From: Azolla caroliniana
Lineage: Eukaryota; Plantae; Polypodiophyta
Length of the DNA: 64,000 nt
Direction of reading: 5' to 3'
Assembly: GCA_043228905.1 (NCBI GenBank)
Contig: JBHGNT010000004.1
Coordinates: forward strand, 5,890,001-5,954,000
The translations under genes were made by a program, and so were the position numbers. Below, piece after piece: positions 12,774 through 24,918 of the stretch. The notes under the pieces are model-generated. The model saw nothing but the letters and a program-made list of their open reading frames with translations, was not told the DNA's origin and ran no database searches. The stretch's first letter is position 1; the number at the start of each line of letters is the position of its first letter.

Positions 12774-14241
12774 AATATGTATTACCAAATTCATGAAGCT
12801 ACGAGGAGAGGCACCATACCATCCACTAGCTCTTACCATAGATGGGTAGGTGTTTTTCAAGATCTGAAGTGCTCTTAATTGTAAAGGGGTATTTAGAGGA
12901 TACAACCTTTCGCCCTTTCGTCTTTTCGTCTTTTCGATGTGGATAACACAAATCAATTGTCTCATTCATTGGAAATGGTAATCAATTATCCTTATGCTAC
13001 AGAACACAAGATAAGGTTAATAGGATATGTTGATCACAAATGGTATATTGACCCACCGATAGAGGACATAGGGTCACATTGGAAGTTGTGGGTGTTGGGT
13101 AACAACCTTTGTGCAGATTGACATGGAACCCAACTGGTTATCAATGGATGGATACATTTACTGTTAAGAACTTTAAAATATTCCAATATTCTATATAGTT
13201 GGAAATACATGTTTTGTCGAATAGACGGAATGTGTTACCAACTACATTTCAATGATGGCGTTAGCAAGGTATTACTCTAAAGTTTCTTGCTAAGTTATGG
13301 GTCAACCTATGTGAAAGAAAACAATCACGATAAATACTTCATGTACAGTGGTTACTTGTGCATCGAGCCTTGCCAAATGGCAAATGACTGCATAAGATGG
13401 GCATTGTCACGAATAGATAATATGCACAAGAAACTAGAAGAAAATTGAATGGATGAGTTGATGAATTGAAAGACTCCATAATTGGTACACATATTTATAT
13501 AAGTTCCGAGATTGAATATCTCTAGAATATACCTGTTGAGAATATTTTGGAATGTACTATATGCTAGGTTATACAATACTAAATCATATACAAATCCACA
13601 TATAACTCAAGAGTTTCTATATGGTTTATCTAACACAACACTATGTATTGGGTGTGTTCCAAGCATATCCTCTAGTTGTGCTCCTTGTCATTTGCAAGTT
13701 GAAACTCAAAAACATTGTCAATTAGACTTGAGATTTGAGTCTCAACCGGTATAGAAATGCCTCCTAAGAATATTTCCTAGCTACTTTGCCCCAAAGATAT
13801 TCACATGAGACATGGTGGTTTGGACATTGCTTGCCCACTCTATTTTCCATGATGACGCTGAATCTATGGACCATAGTTTTGACACTAACTTTGGAATAGT
13901 TCGAGTACTTCCATTAGTGTCTATGCAGTTTTTAGGGAGAAGGAAGGAGGTACAACCATTATGGGAGATATTTAGTACAACTATCTATTACATGTGGACG
14001 GTCCGTTGATCTCTGGTTTTCATGAAGTTAGAGCCTCACCAATTGAATTGGTAAGTAACATTTGGTTGGACATGGTTCATACTTTAAAGGGACAATGGGA
14101 TTGTATTATTGGAGGTTCCGACGATAAAGCTCCTCAGCGTCAACAATTTCTTACTCTGTGGAAAGCTACTCTCCACTTATGTCCTCGAATTTTTGGCACT
14201 TCCAAGCACCAAGATGGCTGTTCCCTCCGCCGATCATTTAA
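12774..14241 (+). mobile_element. decayed LINE (L1-like) ORF2 3' region
   Basis: zf-RVT-like CAPCHLQVETQKHC at 13677-13718, Trp-rich fragments and terminal WHFQAPRWLFPPPII*, followed by A-rich repeats. Confidence 0.6.
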
Positions 14242-14277
14242 GATTCAAAACTATGTAAAATGAATGGATATCTTTTA

Positions 14278-14490
14278 TAAACCCGAAAATCTGAAAACCA
14301 AAAACCGAAAACAAAAACCAGAAAACAAAAAACAAAAAACCAAAAAACCAAAAACCAAAAACCAAAAACCAAAAATATACGTACATTTTTGGAAGAAAAA
14401 AAATACTACATACATACATACATACATACTCCAAAAAGACATACATACATACATACCATACTCCAAAAAGACATACATACATACATATGA
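14278..14490. repeat. (AAAAACC)n-like and (TACA)n simple repeats
   Basis: Directly visible low-complexity tracts. Confidence 0.85.
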
Positions 14491-14710
14491 AGCAAAGATG
14501 GAGTGTCAAACGTAAATTGGGATCTGTCTGTCTGCTCTTCTGTGTCTGATTTTGGATTCATTCATGGACTGTGTGAGGAGGTGGTGTATCGGGAATTTCT
14601 GCTCTCTGTTCTGACCATAACGACGACGACGAAGAAGAAAGTGGCTGAAGAAGAAGAAGAAGAAGAAGAAGAAGAAAGTGGCTGAAGAGACAGACACGAA
14701 GGAGGTAGCG

Positions 14711-14829
14711 ATGGCGGGTATCTTGCCCCGAACAGGGAGCGCCACTGCTCCCCGCATGCTCAAAAAACCTTCTCAGGAGCTTCTCGACGACTTGTGCAGG
14801 TTAGACCAATACCACATACTTCCTTCTCA

Positions 14830-14866
<37 letters not shown>

Positions 14867-17800
14867 TGCGCTTCTCTTTGAACAAGTTTCCAGCGCCTCC
14901 TTCCATTGTCTTTCTCCCACAGTTCCTTTCTTTCTTTCTTTCTTTTCTTTATTTCTCTGGCGTTTTCTTTCTTTCCCGTTTCTTTCTATGCTTTCTCGCT
15001 CCCGAAATTTCTTTCTTTCAGTTGCGTTATTCCTCTGGAAGTTTCTTTCCTTTTTATGCATTGTTTCTTCGTTGACATTCTCTCTCTCTCTCTCTCTCTC
15101 TCTTCTCTGACAGTATATTTGTTGATTTCTGATAGCCGATTTGTGCTCAATGCGCCTGAAGAAGAGCTTCAGTCTTTTGAACGGATCCTTTTCCTCATTG
15201 AGCAAGCTCATTGGTTCTATGAAGATAACACTAGAGAACAGTTTCCTTCACTAAAGTCACTGAACCTTCGAGAATTTACATCACTGAGTATCCTCCTTTT
15301 CCATTTCCTTGTAGAACTTAAAAATAGGCTGATATCATATATTGAATAGAGCTTTTACCTTGATTCTTCACTAGTGTTTCAGAGCTGCGCAGTATTGCGT
15401 CCTTACATTGCACACATTGATGGCATTTACAAAGATTTCACTTCATACAAAGTTCGTGTTCCTGTCACTGGTGCTATCATTTTGGACAACTCCCGAGAGA
15501 AGGTTAGTCTTTTGGAACAGTGATATCAGTCTTTTTGTTATTAATTACATATTTTTTATGATGGTTGTGTTATCTCCTTTAGAGTTGGTAGTATATGCAT
15601 ACTGGTGAAATCTCCTTCACTGTAATGATTGTATGATATCCTTTAAGTTGAAACTAATGGAATATTGGCTTAAGCTCCCTCATTGTCATGATTGAGTTAT
15701 CTCTTTAATATTGAGATTATTTGCAAACCGGTTAAAGCTCATTCCTTGTATTGATTTTGTTATCTATCATCTTCATGATACACCACCTAAATTATCATTA
15801 TCATCATGGTTGACATGCAACCCAGTTAAAGTGGCCTTAATTACCATGATTGTCTTATCTTTAAAGTTGAGCTGATATGTACACTGGTGAAATTGTCTTT
15901 TGTGTTACAAGGAAACACCATGTCTGTGTGTTAGTCTTGTCGCGTTCAGATTTTGTGAGGCAAAGTTGTAGAAGACTTTTCGAGTATCACAGGGTTTAAC
16001 TTTTAAGAATAAAGACAATCTCACATTCTGATTATATTCTCTGTGACTGCGAGGTTGATTCAGCCCGTTCACATATAGATGTTATTGCAAAAATACTCAA
16101 TGATAACCAGCTTTTGGAAATATTTACTTTTTAAAATCTCTCTTAAACTGAATTGAGATATCCTTGCTACAACATTCTAATCAATCAGCCTTAGTGCATT
16201 TCATGTAGTGTGTATTTTGTCAGTATGTATCTTCTATTTCTTATTTATTTGGTCATCTTGTTTTTCTATGGAATATTTGGATATGGATATGTTTTCTAAT
16301 GGACATTTCATGTTGCATGGTTAACGTGGAAAAGTGACATATTTTGTTCTTTGATTGAGCCATTTTACTGTTTACCCCATCTTTGCTCATCCATGAACAG
16401 ATGTCTCTTCAGATCCACAGAAAACCTCTTGCAAGATAAGTATGTTCTTATTTTGTGCTGCGTCAATTTATTTCAGTGTCTCTTGGTGAAAGGTTGGAAA
16501 GCGGGAGCAAGTTGGAGTTTCCCTCGTGGTAAGAAAAACAAAGATGAAGAGGATCATCAGTGTGCTATTAGAGAGGTAAGATTCCAACATTTGTCAAACA
16601 TGTCATATCAAAATCACCTGCACTGTTGTATGAACCATTGTCGCCCGTTGTCTTTACCGAGGCTTTGTTGGTGATGTTTGTGCAACTTAGGTACAAGCTC
16701 ATTGCTGCTAAGTATGTTACTGAGAGAGTCTTTAGGCAATAGAACCAAGAACAAATGCAAATCCAAACACACAATAGCCCTCCATATGGCTCTGGACATA
16801 ACCAGGACATTCACAAACTGCAATTGGAAGTCCCATATGTACACATATTTAAAAATGTTTTAATCTTTTTCTTCTTCCTATCATTGAATACCATCTTTCC
16901 ATGGCTGTTGGCATATATTTGCATTTTTCAACCTCTGTAAGAAATATAAACTGGTGTCCATGTTTAAATATGAATAATGTATCAGAATCATTTATAAGCT
17001 ATTGGAAAGGACATGCATTATTAACCTGTGCCATTGAAGATCATATTAGTCAACCAATTGTGTTGTTAAAAAAGACAGAAACATTACACTTGCTTTGTTT
17101 CCAGATTCATGGTTTATGATTTAGATACTTTTTTACTGTATCTGTAGGTGTGGGAGGAGACAGGGTTTGATGTTTCTGCATTGTTGAAAGTAGAGGATAA
17201 CCTTGAAGTCACTATAGGAGAGCAAAGGATACGGCTTTTTATCATTGTTGGAGTCAAGGAGGATACTGTATTTGCGCCACGCACTAAAAATGAAATAAGT
17301 GTATGTTCTTGCTGAGACTGATTAAGCTTTCTTCCTTCATGCGTACTCGCATTGTAATAATCTCTAGGAATGTCACGAACTTTCAAAAGAAATTCAGATA
17401 TGCAATATGATATGATATGTATGTAGGAAGCTTTGGATCTAGCTTGTTCTAACTTTGTTATCATTTCATGCACAAATTGAGATATTCGCATTCGTGGGGC
17501 CTCCCCTACGAATGCATATGAATACAAATACAAATTCATAAAAAAGTATCCGTAAAAAAAAGAGAGAGTTCATAAACTCCCTCCTTTTTAGTCTCCTAGA
17601 TATACAAAAGGGGACTTGACAATAAAAAGGGGACTTGACACTAATGATATTTTTATAATAGATGTAAAAAAGTATTCGTTTTATTTTTAATAAAAAATAA
17701 TAAGAATAATAAAAATAATAAGAATAAAATAAAATAAAGGTTCATTAATTCCCCATTTTTTACTCTTCCAAAATTTCTTGATATTTTTATCTTATGTTAA

Positions 17801-20759
17801 AAAGGGGACTTGACACTAATCATATTTCTATAATAGATGTAAAAATATTCGTTTAGAAAAATAAAAAAATAAAAAAAATCAATAAATTAAAATAATCGTT
17901 CATAAACTCCCCAATTTCTTATGTGACACTAAAATGGAGACTTCACATTAATCATATTTTTATAATCTATTAATGAGTGATTGTTCGTGAATTAATTAAT
18001 TCTATTTTTAATTTTTAATTTTTTGCAAAACGAATGGTTTTATAATATTCTTGGGGCCATTTCTTATTCTCGAATATTGTGAATATCATGCATGTGTCAA
18101 TCTATGATTTCATGTTAGTTTCTAATGCAGAATAGCAGAACTTACTCAAGTGCAACTTGATTTGATTGGATCGTCAATATCCAACATGCAGCGTGGATTT
18201 ATTATCATTGATTACATATAACCTTTTGCAGAAACACAATTGATAGGCTTTATTTTGGAATGTTCTCTGTAATGATGACATTCTTTAGTAGAGCAGAAGC
18301 ATAACCACATTAGGTTCAATCCACTGGCAGAAGCCAATGCCCATATGCATGGAAAGAGAAGCTATGATAGCACACTTGATAATCTAGATCTAACTGTAGT
18401 CTACATTTAATTATATCTGTGGGTTGCGATATCTTAAAGGCAGTCCAGTAATTTGTGGTGTTGGCATACATATTACAGATGAGTAAATGACTTATGAAGT
18501 ATAACTTTGTATCTGAGTATCTATAGCTTGAATTCACTTGAAGGCACCTTGTGATAATGTTTTTGCATATTTTTTTTTATTTCTGAACTTATTTGTATGT
18601 GCTTAATTACTCAGGATATAGCATGGCACAAGATCAGTGAACTCCCAATGGGTGGCAATGAACCACCTCATTCTCGTGGCATAACAGGAGTGAAGTATTA
18701 CATGGTTAGCCCTTTTATAGGGTAAGTTACTTTATTGATTTTTTCCTTGGGAATGTGTTTTAACAGTTTTAAAAATACTTCAAATTTCTGAATGTTATCA
18801 AGGCCACTCAAAGCTTGGATTATTGGAAACAAGATCTCTAGCGGCAGATCAGATGCATTGTCCAAAGGTACATAGCCTTTACTGATAGTTGCGAACATAG
18901 AAATTGTATGATAATACTATTATGTTCATTGAACTAGTCTATATTTCACAAATTTCATCTATAGATGTTCTTTTGGAGGATGTTTCGACTCTCCTGAATT
19001 TATGGTAGATTGTATGTGTGTGTGTGTTAAACCTACTTAATCACACAAGAAAAAAATATACATATATTGAAGGTAGGAACTTGATGGCTTACATGTTTCC
19101 ACATGGATCACCTCAAAAGATGGTTTTGTCCATAAAGTTATTCCAGCCCTTCCTACAGTCAAATAGAGACTGCTTGCTTGGGCTGCTGTTGCTCAAGCAT
19201 TTTTCAGGCTGAATTGTACATCTCTGATGGCATATGTCTCAGAACAAATAGCCCCTGTAATGGAGATAAATGAATGCACTTAGTTCAACAGATCAATAAC
19301 CTTCTCCCTCACCTGTTTCATGCCTGATGGAACAGGTAAAGGAAGGGCGTTGAGCATATTGGGAATTTATCATGTCAAGCATAATAAATTGACAGGTTGT
19401 CTCCTAGATACTGTATTACATCCCCACATAGCAGCTTGCTTATCCTGATCTCAACGTATGCATATACTCATATATTGTACAAGTTTCTAATAGAATGGAT
19501 TTTTTATTGTCCATGAGGAGGGCATTTTTGACCTATAGGACCAAATAAACATATTATCTTGTATATGACTCCTACCAAAGAAGGGGGTTTACTAAAGAGT
19601 GGTCAAAACTCTCTATGCGAAGATAACGCATGCATATGTGCCCACCCATCTTGGAGGAGATTTGAGTATATCAATTGAATTATTCATGGCCTTCTAGCAA
19701 GGCATCATACTTCTTGCGAATTACCTTATATCCTCAGCATGTGAGAAGTAAGTGATATTCATCCTCCAGTAGGTTTTCATTGTCTACCTTGCATATTTTC
19801 ATACTTAGGTGATGATGCTATCTCAACACCTAAGTTGTGCTAATGGCTCGAAGAAATGTGAAGACTCGTTGAGAGGGGGGTAGTAATATGCGGTTGGATA
19901 TGTTCTCACATTTTTACCTTTTATTGGGACCACCATTGAGGGTTAACATTTGCAATGTAATTTTCCCAATTTGACATTTCACATCTTGCAAGTTCATCCT
20001 TAGTGCCTCTAATAATTATGGCTATTGATTGGGTCATCTTTGTGCTGGGCAAGAGTAGCGAGCTGGGTTTCCATTTGATTAGAGTCCAGTTCTATTGTCT
20101 TGACATGGTTTTGTGCAGATGAGATGTAACAAACAACAATGAAGGTTATATTGGCAGAGGGGTTCTGTCAACCTTGATGACATGAATCTCCTCCAGGTAT
20201 TTGCTTGTGCATATCTGCATCTAGTGTCACTTCAGCTACACCGTACCCAGCTGTTTTAATCTATTTACTGCCAATCCACAATCTATGAAGGAATGTAACT
20301 CCAAAAATGCCGTAGAGATTTTGTAGAGGCTGGATCTCCATATCTGTGCACTAGGCAGGATGGTAGGGATAACAGGTGCATTGAAGAGCCATGAATTAAT
20401 GATTGGTCACTAGGAACCCAATGACAGTACATCACTACATTGTCTCTCTCTAGAGACTACAGGGCGTCAAATCCTTTTGCAATCCCAGAGCATTCCAATA
20501 GGTGAAGGTGAGGAGTAGTTATTATTGGCTGTTAAAGTAGTGTGAATGATGTTTAAATAGGTGACTGTACTCTTTTCAGGACAGTAAAAAAGTTGAAAAT
20601 AATTCGAGGATTATGTGATATCTTTGATGTGCAGAAATGTCTTCATCTGTTACTGTTCTTAAGTCTTCTGTATTTGAGCGTGTGGATGAGGCTGGAAAGA
20701 GTTTCCGCAATTTCCGGTTTGATTATCCACTGATACTACAAAGATTGGATGAGAAGTAA
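14711..20759 (+). CDS. DCP2: mRNA-decapping enzyme subunit 2 (Nudix hydrolase), 8 exons, ~305 aa
   Basis: Exons 14711-14799, 15136-15287, 15375-15502, 16477-16575, 17148-17300, 18615-18721, 18803-18867 and 20635-20759 are all GT-AG and in frame (918 nt). Box A LLDDLCSRFVLN...HWFYED, Nudix box GKKNKDEEDHQCAIREVWEETG, plant C-terminal GKSFRNFRFD. Confidence 0.93.
15288..15374 (+). other. probable U12-type (minor spliceosome) GT-AG intron in DCP2
   Basis: 5' splice site GTATCCTCC, branch-like TTTACCTTGAT about 11 nt before the AG, no polypyrimidine tract. The protein frame requires this acceptor (EFTSLM-FQSC). Confidence 0.75.
15558..15895. repeat. degenerate ~63-bp tandem repeat in DCP2 intron 3
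   Basis: ATGATTGNNTTATC...GTTGA...ACTGGTGAAA units start near 15561, 15625, 15688, 15750 and 15846. Confidence 0.55.
17478..18090. repeat. AT-rich insertion with three ~160-170-bp internal repeats in DCP2 intron 5 (non-autonomous TE-like)
   Basis: GTTCATAAACTCCCC and GGGGACTTGACACTAATCATATTT motifs recur three times. A GC-rich hairpin sits at the left end. Confidence 0.55.
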
Positions 20760-21196
20760 ACCGTCATCCCTTACCTAAATGTATGCGCTGCTCGTGTGGT
20801 TCTTGTAAAAAAAAGCATGTAACATCATAGTGGTACTAGAAAAGCTTAAGAGACTCTTGTAAAATCCCTTCTAGATGGAACACTAATCTCACTACTTCAA
20901 ACATGATATTACTAATTGCTAACTCAAAAGTGTTTTGGTACCTTATTCTGTTCTTTGTATATTCAAACATCAAGATGTTATGCGAATGAAGTGTAGTTAA
21001 GGTGGGGATAAATGGCTTTAAAGGCTTCCAATAATTTTATGATATGCTGTCTGTATGTATGATCGTAAAAAAAAATGACGTGCATTTTTTGTTGTCTCCA
21101 CTATATCCACTATTTTACTAGGAAATGGAAGGATTGGAACACTTGAACCTCTGGTGTCTGCTAAACAGCATTAGCAACTGAGGTACAACCAGTTGG

Positions 21197-21343
21197 TGGT
21201 TCACTGCTTTGGGTATCTGTGCCATGGGTATTCAACTTGAATGGTTTTAACTTTAACCAATCTGTGGTTGACAGCCAAGGTCATGTCATTAACACCTGTG
21301 CTGATGTCATATACCCTGTTAAACCCACTTATGGAAATTATGA
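21197..21343 (+). pseudogene. psbA: nuclear plastid DNA fragment (NUPT) from the 3' part of psbA (PSII D1)
   Basis: Decodes [35 protein letters not shown]...MEIM, matching D1 [38 protein letters not shown], with frameshifts. Confidence 0.88.
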
Positions 21344-21633
21344 ATCCTGCTTGATTGCATTTCCTTCCAGGTGGGACTGAGCATCAATAGCTATTGTTTG
21401 GTAAGTTATTTATTGTGATAGATTATTTTAAGGATCCCCCTGCAAAACCGCCCCTGGGATTATCTTGAGATGTGCTGTGTATGAACCCCTGGAAATGGGT
21501 CTCGTCTCTGTTGATCAATGTTTCCTTGGGTCAGGATCAATGGTAATTAATCATAGGGGTAGACAGACTGGTAAAAATGCCAACACAATTCTAAAGAAGA
21601 AAGATGGTACAAGCTTGATAAAATCTTATCCTT

Positions 21634-22258
21634 CAAAGATAGATTCCAAAGAACTATCTAAATCTGAATGTCCAAGTATTGTCCAAACCAGTAGATTAGA
21701 TCCATTTGTGGCTGGGGGATGTTTGAAGGATTTTTTCTCTTGTAATGGGCTAATAGCTCACAGATAAGGTATTAGGCTGTCAACAGAATGTCATGGGTTC
21801 AAAGATAGAGTTTTTCCAAAGAACTATCTAAATTTGAATGTTCAAGAGTTGTCCAAAACCAGTATATTAGATCCATTCTTGGTTGGGCATATATTGAAGG
21901 ATATTTCTCTCTTGTAATGGACTTATAGCTCACAGGTAAGGTATTAGGCCGTTAACACAATGTCATGGGACAATGTCATGGGTTAAGTTAGATTTTTTCC
22001 AAAGAACTATCTTATTCTGAATGTTCAAGAGTTGTCCAAAACCAGTAGATTAGATCCACTCTTGGTTCGGCATGTATTGAAGGATTTTTCTCCCTTGGAA
22101 TGGGCTTATACCTCAAGGGGTACGGTTTTAGGCTGTCAACACAATGTCAAAGATAGATTTTTTCCAAAGAACTATCTAAATGCGAATATTCAAGAGTCAT
22201 CCAAAACCAGTAGATTAGATCCATTCTTGATTGGGAGATTCTTTTCTCTTGTAATGGA
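21634..22258 (+). repeat. tandem array of ~3.7 units (~165-185 bp); three units carry a tRNA-like (SINE-head-like) segment
   Basis: Units start AAGATAGA...CCAAAGAACTATCT near 21635, 21801, 21985 and 22149. The internal consensus is GGGCTTATAGCTCACAGGTAAGGTATTAGGCTGTYAACACAATGTCATGGGTTCAA. Confidence 0.85.
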
Positions 22259-23141
22259 TGTATGGCTCGCAATTGTGTTTTGATTGTTTCACTCTCTTTA
22301 TGAGCCACTCTTCTTACATTATTGAAAAGAAGTTCAACAATCAACAATAGAAAAGACTAAGATGCAAGAGGATATAGCTGAAGAGGATATAAATGTGTAT
22401 AATCTATGCGATAATTATTCTTTCCGTGTTTCGTTTTGTTCTTCAAATATATGGTAAATTGATGTACAATTCTTTCTTCACGTGGGTTATAGTGTAATGT
22501 CCAAAATGATAATCTCTGTGTACTTCAAACCTCAAATGTGAGCTCAAGTTTCTTGTCTTGCCAAGAAATGCCATGTTAATGTGTTTTGAAGAAATCAACA
22601 TTAAAGTCCTATTAGATCCCATTGAAAAAGTCTCAATACAAGGAAATAAAACTCTAGTTCAGAAGATGAGGATGTGTAATGTAGTTTATGATAAGCTTAT
22701 ATTTTACTCACTTTTGGGGGTTTTAAAACTCATTAGAAGGGAGATGACACTTTACCTCTTGATCAGGCTTGGGATGTATGCAAGCCTGGCATTTTGCCTT
22801 TGTAACATGCATTCATTTAGTCCAATCATGCACTTGACTATACTTAAGAAGCCAAACTTAAAAGATGCTATTGTGCCCTTTTTAAGGACTAGACAGACCA
22901 TGCTTCTATTTCCTTCTCTATAGCTTGGGGTTTGTTTGGGATGTCTAACCAGTTATGTCCTTAAGGAATTGGGTCTACAACTATACCACTATGTAGAGGT
23001 GTGAGTGGAGGGGGGTGCTTGCATGATGACCTACATTCAAATCTAGCTCTTCTTGTTATCTTGGTTTCAACCATTGTTTGTAGGTTTTGTTTCTATATGT
23101 AGATTCTTTGGTGAATTGTTATTGGTTACTCACTAGGCAAG

Positions 23142-23667
23142 TGTTAATTGGGTGATTACAAGAAATAATCAGCCAATTATATTAAAAAACATAGAACAAT
23201 CAACACAAATTAGAAATACAACCAAAAGAAACAACTACTAATTATGTTTAATAGATTTAAACCCCTTGCTTCACCCTCAAACTCTTATTGTTAATGCCTA
23301 GAATGTCCCCCAACTCTTTACCTTGATCTCTTCTCAAGGTAGGGTAAGCTTATCTCGAGAGCTTTTGGAGACTTGATTGATGCGTTGGTCTTAGGAGTCC
23401 TTGTTGGAAACTCTAGGCGTTACCACAAACCACATGTCTTTGTATTGGTAGAGTTATATCTCCACACCAATATCATTTACCAAGGGGTTTGGATTGTTGT
23501 ATTCCCTATTGATGACTAGTTGGGCGAGAGTGGTTATCAACCACTCTTGAGTTGCTCGCCTAACTTACCGTAATCTAATGAACTCTAACTCACCTCTCTC
23601 AAAAGCTCACTTAGAGGGTTAGGTTGTAGAGGCATATTCGTTGTGTTCCACTTTGCTTGTTCTCACA
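23142..23667. mobile_element. possible LTR-like segment truncating the ParB-like ORF
   Basis: TGTTAA...CTCACA termini and LTR-like composition. No TSD or second copy was found. Confidence 0.3.
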
Positions 23668-23669
23668 CT

Positions 23670-24655
23670 TGGTCCATAACACCATTGCCAATATGTCATC
23701 CTTTATGCCTTGCAATGACCGCCAAGGAAGCAATTTCATATCCTCAGCTAATTATTCTATCATTAAGTCACTTTTACGTGACTTAGACTTTATCTCCACT
23801 TGAGGGTCCAACTTAGCCTTCTTTGAACGTTGAGCTTGACCTCGTTCCGCTCCCACATACTAAAAATCTTCTCTTGATGGTCCCAAACCTCCCTAGTTCT
23901 AAAATGCAAGTTGAAACCATGAGTCATACTTTCTTAGGCCTTCAGATTTCGTGCTTTCGTCAATTGCTATCCCCACTTCTAGTAGACATTGTTGTTGCAA
24001 TCCAGGATGCAACTTAGGACCATATCTCTGCAAAGCATCAAGGTACTCGTGATGAAAGAACCTGATGTGCTCTATACAAGACATCTTTTGTCTGTAATCA
24101 TTGTCATTATTGCGGTTCCAAGTTAGCAACATGACCTCTTCATGTGTAAGACTGGCGTACACTTTACATTCTACATATTTGAAGAAAAGGGTAAGAGGGC
24201 ATTCCTTGACAAGTTGACAATGGGCTTCAATGAAGTGGGATCCTCCAATGACATAATACGTATAATCATCTGCCGAACTGTATTTAAAGTCTGCTAGAGT
24301 TCGGCATTGATCTGGGTCTACCATGACTAGGAATGACACAATAGTAGCATGTGGATTGATCTTCATTTTGCTTTTCAAGTTCTGCACATGCATTGCATGG
24401 GGCTCTCTTATCTGTAAAGGCCGTCTTCTTATCACTGGATCAATGGGCGGCCCCTGAATTGAACAAATTGGTAAATGAAACAACTGTCCTTTACGAACTA
24501 GTTTCGTCTTGGCAATGTTTTCTCGTATTCGATTTTGTTTGGAGGTGAGGATCCCCGAGGCAATTTGCCCTCATGGAGGAATTACTTCTAACTGCGTATC
24601 TTCCTCCTCATCTTCAACGAACTCTATGTTGAGAATTGATCTGGGCACAACCGGT
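23670..24655 (-). pseudogene. decayed ORF with a ParB/Srx-like domain, probably transposon-borne
   Basis: Motifs LQIREP..MHVQNLKSKM..NP and YYVIGGSH..EA..QL resemble ParB box I/II. The frame continues across a frameshift (REVWDHQEKIFSMW, LLPWRSLQG) and upstream (EFVEDEEEDT). Confidence 0.5.
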
Positions 24656-24666
24656 TAGCACGTATA

Positions 24667-24887
24667 TGTATGCGGGTGCAAAGATCGAGAATAACAAGAA
24701 AAACATACAAGATAGAGGACACAAGAACGGAGAGACATGATTTTAACGTGGAAAACCTGAAAGGGAAAAACCACGGGAGTCAACAAACTCCAAATAGAAT
24801 GACTAAGGTAGGAGGAGTACAATGAGAAGCTTCAAGGCAACGACCTTGGGCTCTCCTTCGTTTGACAGATGGTGGCAGAGTTACAAT

Positions 24888-24918
<31 letters not shown>

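Noticed and set aside
14278-14375. Interstitial telomere repeat
   Set aside because: The unit is AAAAACC-like rather than the plant CCCTAAA, and it fits a simple repeat or LINE tail better.
20119-20290. Additional DCP2 exon(s) between exons 7 and 8
   Set aside because: Candidate AG/GT-bounded segments introduce stops in the required phase, and exon 7 joins the last exon in frame.
21634-22258. CRISPR-like array or functional tRNA cluster
   Set aside because: Whole units are repeated with no unique spacers, the context is eukaryotic with no cas genes, and the tRNA-like parts lack the 3' T-stem and acceptor strand.
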